In this document: piece by piece, positions 58,548 through 64,000 of the stretch
How the letters are laid out: the number at the start of each line of letters is the position of its first letter
Position numbering within the stretch: the first letter of the stretch is position 1
Source of the DNA: an uncultured Mediterraneibacter sp.
GTDB taxonomy: Bacteria > Bacillota > Clostridia > Lachnospirales > Lachnospiraceae
DNA: 64,000 bases
Assembly (NCBI GenBank): GCA_934418295.1
Contig: CAKRWZ010000001.1
Location: 1,611 to 65,610 of the forward strand
Direction of reading: 5' to 3'
Translations under genes and position numbers: made by a program
The notes under the pieces: model-generated
The model's database searches: none
What the model saw: the letters and a program-made list of their open reading frames with translations, nothing else
What the model was told of the DNA's origin: nothing

Positions 58548-58589
58548 ATGCCATACATATACTTTTTATTTTCAGTATATGTATGGCAT
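58548..58589 (-). terminator. 16-bp perfect inverted repeat between dus and yqfC (terminator-like or operator-like)
   Basis: ATGCCATACATATACT - 10 nt - AGTATATGTATGGCAT. On the minus strand it is followed only by TTGTTATG, a weak U-tract. Confidence 0.45.
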
Positions 58590-58596
58590 TCTCTTT

Positions 58597-59532
58597 TTAA
58601 ACCAATTCACAGGCTGCAAACAATTCATCCACCGCCGCTTCATATTCTTTTAAACGGACGGTCTTTCGTATCCGCTTCACGTATTTTTCATCTTCCGCAA
58701 AGGCCCTTGCCATATAAGACCACAATTCTTTCATTTTAAAAAGCACGTTGCGCTCCCCGGACATTTCTGCCCCGTAAAGCTCCACCAGCTCATCATGAAA
58801 GGCTTTGATCTGCTTCTTTTGCTGCTCCAGAGGAACTTCAGTATACGAAAGCAGCTCCGGATTGATCAGGATCCCGCGTCCCAGCATCACCCGTTCCACT
58901 TCCGGAAATTTTTCTTCAAAACCCGCCAGTTTTCCCGCATCAAACAGATCTCCGTTATAGCACACCGGAAACGGACTCCTTTCCAGCGCATAGCGAAAAC
59001 GATCCATGTGTGGTGAGTTCCGATACTGATCTGCCTGGGTTCTGGGATGAACGATCAGCTCTTCCATCGGAAATTTTGTAAAAATTTCCATAAGCCTCGT
59101 AAATTCTTCCGGCGCATCCTTCCCGATCCTGGTCTTTACCGAAATCTTCAGATCGACTTTTTCAAAAATCTGATCCAGAAAAGCCTCCAATTCTTCCGGA
59201 TATATCAAAAATCCGGAACCTCTGCCGTGTCCGACAACCGTTTTAGAAGGGCAGCCCAGATTCAGGTTCACTTCCCTGTAACCGTATTCTTTCAGCTTCA
59301 ATGCAGTCTTGATAAAGCCCTCTGCCTGGTTGGAAAGGATCTGGGGCACTACATACAAACCGGCGTTATGCTCCGGAAGGATATCTTTTTTCTCCCGGGT
59401 GTTCAGCTCTCTTTTCGTATGCGGCGTCAGAAAAGGCGTAAAATACTTATCCATCGGACGGAAATATTTGTGATAAGTCCTTCGGTATATATGCGTCGTA
59501 ATTCCTTCCATCGGTGCCAGATAATATCTCAT
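58597..59532 (-). CDS. tRNA-dihydrouridine synthase family protein
   Basis: LAPMEGIT N-terminus, NLGCPS, and TIM-barrel flavoenzyme pattern (HPRT). Confidence 0.82.
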   Translation of the reverse strand: MRYYLAPMEGITTHIYRRTYHKYFRPMDKYFTPFLTPHTKRELNTREKKDILPEHNAGLYVVPQILSNQAEGFIKTALKLKEYGYREVNLNLGCPSKTVVGHGRGSGFLIYPEELEAFLDQIFEKVDLKISVKTRIGKDAPEEFTRLMEIFTKFPMEELIVHPRTQADQYRNSPHMDRFRYALERSPFPVCYNGDLFDAGKLAGFEEKFPEVERVMLGRGILINPELLSYTEVPLEQQKKQIKAFHDELVELYGAEMSGERNVLFKMKELWSYMARAFAEDEKYVKRIRKTVRLKEYEAAVDELFAACELV

Positions 59533-59587
59533 CCATTTCTTCCTTTCCCGAAGGCCAGGCTTTCAGATCGTGCTGTCGTCTCCGGTT

Positions 59588-61018
59588 TTAATCTTCGTCC
59601 AGCACATCAAAAATCTCTCTTGCTTTTTTGATGGCGTCCAACGCTTCCATTGTACACTTTTCTGTAAACGCATACAAGATATCGGACATTTCTTTTTCTT
59701 TTTTCTCTTCCCGAAGTGCAGCTGCCGTTTTTTCCACTGTCTTAAATTCGATCATCCACTTTTCTTCCAGCTCTTTGAAAAGTGCACTGACGATGGCATG
59801 ACGCTGCTCATAGGTCGATCCGATCTCGTCACTGTTCACCGCATCCAGTAATGCTCTGATCTCCCACCAGAAAGATCCTTCCTGGTATGTATCTTCCCGA
59901 TCCACATCGGAAGGAGCTGTCATCGTTTTTCCGAATGTACCTGCCTTTGTCAGAACTTCCGGCAATCTTCCTGCCTCCACAAAGACTGGAATGTAGACGC
60001 TGCAGCAAGGCACTGCAGGAGCCCACCACATCACATTCAGCTTCTCTTTTTCCGAAGGCAGAACGGTCACAACAGATGACGCCGTATTACCCCAGGTAAA
60101 TCCCGGAACGGAATTGTGCATACAGATCGTCAGGAAATCCGGCTCAGACGCATTGAAATAAGGTCCTTCCAGGAACGTATCCTCATAGTGATCCCGCAGG
60201 ATCCGTTTCATATACGCAAGGTCTACGGTACCGTATTCTTTTATGCAGTCTCTGAGCAGCTGGCGCACTCTCTGCACGCGGATATGGGAAACCTGTCTCG
60301 CATTGTTCCGATTGATATAAGCATATGCATAATCGAAAGCATCTTTCTTATCTGCCGGCCACCATCCTTTTTCTACTGCATGTTCTACCAGTCCCTCGCT
60401 GCAGGATGTGTAATCTGCGCGGATGCTGACTTCATTAGAAATGGCCGCATAGCCTCTCTCCACCCGGCGCGCTGCCCAGCGTTTTCCGGCAGCTTCCAAA
60501 ATGTAAGCCTCCTTTTTATCCGCAATCAAAAAAGAATTGTTATAAGATCCGGAGATCGTGTCTGACATCGGAACACCGGATCCCCACTGACCATATTCTT
60601 CGATCAAAGCCGTGATCACATCCAAAGCCTCTTTTGCCGTTTTTCCTCTTTCCAAACCGATCCGGATCAATTCCATGCCCAGGATCCCTTTTGTGACCGG
60701 CTGTCCGTTTTTCTCAAGTTCTGTGTTTTCAGTCAGGTCTTTGGTGTAGATCGCTTCGTTTCCTATGGCCACCCCATACTCGTTCAGACCTTCCTCATAT
60801 CCCCAGCACCAATAAGGGGAAGAACCGACAGATGCATAGGTCTCTTCGCTCTGTGCGATCGACGTGTATGCCAGGCTCAGGGTTTCTCCTTTTCCGTGCA
60901 TTTCTCTTCCGTGGTAAGCCAGGGGCTGACAGTCAAATGCCGGACGATCACTGTTTTTTCCGAGTACCACCGCTTTTTCTGCAGAGCAGTCTGCCATTAC
61001 AACATAGGTATCACACAT
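59588..61018 (-). CDS. Ntn-hydrolase, peptidase C69 (secernin-like dipeptidase) family
   Basis: Begins MCDTYVV...VVLGKNSDRP. Cys2 would be the N-terminal nucleophile after Met removal. About 100-aa helical C-terminal extension. Confidence 0.65.
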   Translation of the reverse strand: MCDTYVVMADCSAEKAVVLGKNSDRPAFDCQPLAYHGREMHGKGETLSLAYTSIAQSEETYASVGSSPYWCWGYEEGLNEYGVAIGNEAIYTKDLTENTELEKNGQPVTKGILGMELIRIGLERGKTAKEALDVITALIEEYGQWGSGVPMSDTISGSYNNSFLIADKKEAYILEAAGKRWAARRVERGYAAISNEVSIRADYTSCSEGLVEHAVEKGWWPADKKDAFDYAYAYINRNNARQVSHIRVQRVRQLLRDCIKEYGTVDLAYMKRILRDHYEDTFLEGPYFNASEPDFLTICMHNSVPGFTWGNTASSVVTVLPSEKEKLNVMWWAPAVPCCSVYIPVFVEAGRLPEVLTKAGTFGKTMTAPSDVDREDTYQEGSFWWEIRALLDAVNSDEIGSTYEQRHAIVSALFKELEEKWMIEFKTVEKTAAALREEKKEKEMSDILYAFTEKCTMEALDAIKKAREIFDVLDED

Positions 61019-61199
61019 AAAATTACCTCCTTTTTTCTGTTTCCAGAATCACATATTATCAGATAATTCTATTCTATCGGATCTTCTGCAGAAAAAGAAG
61101 GAAGAAAAGTCTGTGAATTCCTTTGAAAAGGTCAGTCCTTTCTGTTCTTTTTTACTTTTTTCCGGTAATATTCTATCCTATTTCCGGCTGTTTTCTTTA

Positions 61200-63170
61200 T
61201 CATCGGATTTTGTCCAGCAGCATATTATACTGTATATCATCCGCATTGATCCCCAGAGCCTTGATTCCGCCTTTTACCCCAATGTTTTCTTCAATCATCA
61301 TCTCAATGTAATCCGAATGGATCGGTTTTGTCCGGAAAAGTTCTTCTGCCTGGTGTTTTTCATTCAGCCGAAAACAGGAAAGGGTTCGGACGGTATGATG
61401 GTCTTCTCCCCGGACCGTGACCTTGCCGCCCGGGCCATCGTAGCTGATCTTTCCGGATTCCAACGCCCGGATCACCGCTTCTGTCTCCGTTGTCCCGGCA
61501 TATTCTACCGCCATTTTATACAAATACATGGAAACATAAGCCGTCTCCGAATCCATATTCATATAGGCCACTTTTTCTTTTCCGAAATGCTTCCGGTATT
61601 TCTCCACAAATTTTTTTGCCTCAGAGGTATGCAGTTCTTCAATAAACGAGGCCATTACATAAGTATTCTCAAGAATCGGAGGCTCCATCTCCACATTCTG
61701 AAAGAACTCTGCCGCCACCTGGGTCGTGGCATTTGGAATGTGGTTCATCTTCCGTTCATGCCATTGCTGATAAAAAGCATCATGGTTGGGGAACACGCAG
61801 AGCGAAATCAGGACATCTGTGTTCAAACGAACGATCCGGTCAATGATCGGATGAAAGTCTGTAATCTTTCGATCCAGATACTCAATACCGACCACTTCCC
61901 CGCCGTAAAGCCTCACAAAATATTTCGCCCATTCTGCCGACAAGATTCCGTAGTTGTAGTCCGCCGCTGCGATATAACATTTCGGTCCGTACTTTTGAAG
62001 CAGAAACCGCAGCATCTCCGACATCTGTTGTTCCGGAAGTGCAGAAAGACAAAAGGTGTAGTGACTTGCCACACCGCCTTCTGTCTGCTGGGTATCTAAA
62101 AACAGAGTCTTGGTTTTTCCTGCCTGGCGCCGCATGATATCCCTGGACGGAGAAAGCGTTGATCCCATCAGGACATCCACCTGTTCTTCCTCTGTCAGAT
62201 ATTCCGCCCCCGTTTTTGTTAATCCCGCATTTGACTGATCATCAAAAAACAAAAGTTTTACCGGTCTTCCATCAATTCCGCCCTGTCGGTTGATTTCCTC
62301 CGCAGCCAGCTGATAAGAATAATGTTTTCCCAGTTCTTCCTTGCTTGCGATCCCGGAAAAATCCCCCATGATCCCGATTTTTATGGCATTCTCCTCTTCA
62401 CTTTTCTCAAGCTTTGCCCGCATTTTCTCCGGAAATGCAATCTGTACCTCACACCCTTTCCCGGGCCATCCGCTGATCCGGACCGTACCCTCATATCTTT
62501 CCACGATCTTTTTTACGGTGGCCAGTCCGATCCCGTTTCCTTCGTAGCTGCCTTCGTTCTGCAGTCTCCCGAATTCTTCAAAAATATGGTCGGCATAGGT
62601 CATATCAAACCCGATCCCGTTGTCCCTGAAGTAAAAAATCAGACTTCCATTCTCCGTCCGGCTGCAGACCCGGATCTTTGCATTTTGCTTTTCACGGCTA
62701 AATTTCACGCTGTTTGACAACAGATTCATCACGATCAGACGGATCAGGAAGCGATCTGCCGTGATCTCCGGAAGAGATGTGATTTCCAGTTCGATTTTTC
62801 GTTCCGGAACTGTACGCAAGAGTTCTTCCAGGCACTGTCGTACCAGATATTCCATATTTACTGTCTGGTATTCCATATTTTTAAATCCGGCTTTAGAATA
62901 CTCCATCAATCTCTGGATCATATCCATCATGTTTCCGCAGGTTTTCTGGATCGACCTTATGTCCTCCAGCGACTGTTTCTGCAACTTTCCCGCATTATCC
63001 TCTTCGATAAACTCTGCATACAGACTAATCTCCCGCAGGGGTGTTTTTAACTCGTGGATCAAGGTGTAGATCAGGGAATTCATTGCCTCATAAATCTGTT
63101 CTGAGACCTGTTGTTCTGTTTTCCCCTCCGAATTTTTGCTTTCAAGATGCTTCTTTTCCGATTCTTTCAT
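61200..63170 (-). CDS. Soluble sensor histidine kinase (HisKA plus HATPase_c) with a C-terminal AmiC-like type-I periplasmic-binding-fold domain
   Basis: No TM helix or signal peptide. H-box LIHELKTPL near the N-terminus. N, G1 and G2 boxes (NLLSNSVKFS, RDNGIGF, GNGIGLA). Residues about 265-656 (about 61200-62378) read like an AmiC/LivK-type binding protein (IGIMGDFSG...EEINRQGGIDGRPVKL...AADYNYG...GGKVTVRGEDHH). Confidence 0.8.
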   Translation of the reverse strand: MKESEKKHLESKNSEGKTEQQVSEQIYEAMNSLIYTLIHELKTPLREISLYAEFIEEDNAGKLQKQSLEDIRSIQKTCGNMMDMIQRLMEYSKAGFKNMEYQTVNMEYLVRQCLEELLRTVPERKIELEITSLPEITADRFLIRLIVMNLLSNSVKFSREKQNAKIRVCSRTENGSLIFYFRDNGIGFDMTYADHIFEEFGRLQNEGSYEGNGIGLATVKKIVERYEGTVRISGWPGKGCEVQIAFPEKMRAKLEKSEEENAIKIGIMGDFSGIASKEELGKHYSYQLAAEEINRQGGIDGRPVKLLFFDDQSNAGLTKTGAEYLTEEEQVDVLMGSTLSPSRDIMRRQAGKTKTLFLDTQQTEGGVASHYTFCLSALPEQQMSEMLRFLLQKYGPKCYIAAADYNYGILSAEWAKYFVRLYGGEVVGIEYLDRKITDFHPIIDRIVRLNTDVLISLCVFPNHDAFYQQWHERKMNHIPNATTQVAAEFFQNVEMEPPILENTYVMASFIEELHTSEAKKFVEKYRKHFGKEKVAYMNMDSETAYVSMYLYKMAVEYAGTTETEAVIRALESGKISYDGPGGKVTVRGEDHHTVRTLSCFRLNEKHQAEELFRTKPIHSDYIEMMIEENIGVKGGIKALGINADDIQYNMLLDKIR

Positions 63171-64000
63171 ACCAAGCCTCTTTCGCGGTACATACTGGGT
63201 GAGATTCCGGTTTCTTGTTTGAACAAACGGCTGAAATAGTCTACATCATCGTAGCCCAGCTGTTCTGCCACCTCAAAAATCTTATCCTGTCCCGTCTCTA
63301 AAATTCTTTTTGCTCTGTTCATTTTCAACATGGTCACATATTTTTTGTAGCTGCATCCCATCTCCTGCCGAAACAAACTTCCCAGATATTTTGGATTTAC
63401 ATACAAACATTCCGCGATCTCATTCAAAGACTGCTTTTCTTCTATATGTTTCAGCAAAAACTGACACACCTGCCTGATCAGATTGTTTTGTGTTTTTATG
63501 AGAAAAGGTTCGATCGCTTTGCTGAGCCCGACAAGTATTTCCTGCGCATCTTCTCCCGGTGTCCTGTCCTTATCCTCCAAAAAATCGCCCTGTTTTTGCA
63601 AACCAAGATACTGTTCCAGATATGGTACCTGTAACGTAAGCTCTACCCAGATACAGTTTAAGATCTCATCCATACGGATTCTTTCGCTGTCCGGATCCGC
63701 AGCTTTTTCTATTTCTTTTTCCAGATAGCGTCCATATTCTGTCAGATCCTTTTCATTCGTTTCCAACATCGCCCGAACGATCCCCTTAATCCTGGTATCC
63801 GGCACAGAACCAGCCGGTATTTCTTTCAGTGCAGACAAGTAATGAAAGACTCTTTCAAAACAATCCTGTATCTTTTCGTTGTCCACCGGTTTCACCAGAT
63901 AATCGAACGCCCCGTTTCGGATTCCCTGCTTTGCATATTCAAATTCCGCAAACTCACTTAAAAGAATCACACAGGAACACAGCTGTCTTTCTTTGATGAT
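63167..64000 (-). CDS. Response regulator with AraC-type HTH output domain (N-terminus outside the window)
   Basis: The frame is open to the window edge (...VILLSEFAEFEYAKQGIRNGAFDYLVKPV is the end of the REC domain). The C-terminal double HTH is LNEIAECLYVNPKYLGSLFRQE...VAEQLGYDDVDYFSRLFKQETG. 4-nt overlap with the kinase gene. Confidence 0.85.
   Translation of the reverse strand: MIKERQLCSCVILLSEFAEFEYAKQGIRNGAFDYLVKPVDNEKIQDCFERVFHYLSALKEIPAGSVPDTRIKGIVRAMLETNEKDLTEYGRYLEKEIEKAADPDSERIRMDEILNCIWVELTLQVPYLEQYLGLQKQGDFLEDKDRTPGEDAQEILVGLSKAIEPFLIKTQNNLIRQVCQFLLKHIEEKQSLNEIAECLYVNPKYLGSLFRQEMGCSYKKYVTMLKMNRAKRILETGQDKIFEVAEQLGYDDVDYFSRLFKQETGISPSMYRERGLV

Noticed and set aside
61019-61199. 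Hairpin CCGGTAAT...ATTTCCGG followed by a T-run on the plus strand, considered as a terminator of a plus-strand gene.
   Set aside because: There is no plus-strand gene upstream. On the relevant minus strand the structure is followed by A residues. It is possibly just the HK/peptidase intergenic spacer.
1-64000. Search for CRISPR arrays, tRNA/rRNA genes, IS elements, toxin-antitoxin pairs and defence islands.
   Set aside because: There are no regularly spaced direct repeats, no cloverleaf-like conserved tRNA boxes, no transposase-like ORFs and no clustered hypothetical genes. The window is overwhelmingly conserved housekeeping synteny.

Overview
This window looks like core chromosome from a spore-forming, butyrate-producing Clostridia member, probably Lachnospiraceae-like; that taxonomic guess rests on gene content and protein motifs only. 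I see no rRNA, tRNA, CRISPR array, IS element or prophage block.

Gene content, left to right:
- Plus strand, 1-19 kb: end of a his operon (hisD', hisB, and a HisA/F-like barrel fused to HisIE); a radical SAM (TIGR03960-type), DUF2344 and RNase G trio; ybaK; aspartate kinase; rplU-prp-rpmA-obg-yhbY-nadD-yqeK-rsfS; and a complete thl-crt-hbd-bcd-etfB-etfA butyryl-CoA operon.
- At about 19.1 kb, transcription polarity flips. Nearly everything to the right is on the minus strand.
- Minus strand, 19-64 kb: but (butyryl-CoA:acetate CoA-transferase); lexA; GNAT; dtd; rluD-lspA; ylmH-sepF-yggS; dac-mgsA-rodA-minE-minD-pbp2-mreDCB; radC; two coupled flavoproteins; ynbB-miaA-mutL-mutS; miaB; small DUF genes; spoVB-like; ybeY-phoH-yqfD-yqfC; dus; a C69-type Ntn hydrolase; and an unusual two-component pair.

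Most noteworthy observations:
1. A soluble histidine kinase has a C-terminal AmiC-like type-I periplasmic-binding-fold domain. It is coupled to a REC-AraC regulator and sits next to an Ntn amidohydrolase.
2. A textbook divergent lexA/yneA-like SOS module carries several Cheo boxes, but its LysM division-inhibitor gene is split by a frameshift in an A10 tract.
3. An XerS-like lone tyrosine recombinase, with an AT-rich candidate dif-like region, lies right at the strand-polarity switch. This is compatible with a replication terminus.
4. A catalytically degenerate-looking HisA/F barrel is fused to HisIE.

All functional calls come from reading the translated ORFs and motifs by eye. No database search was run.
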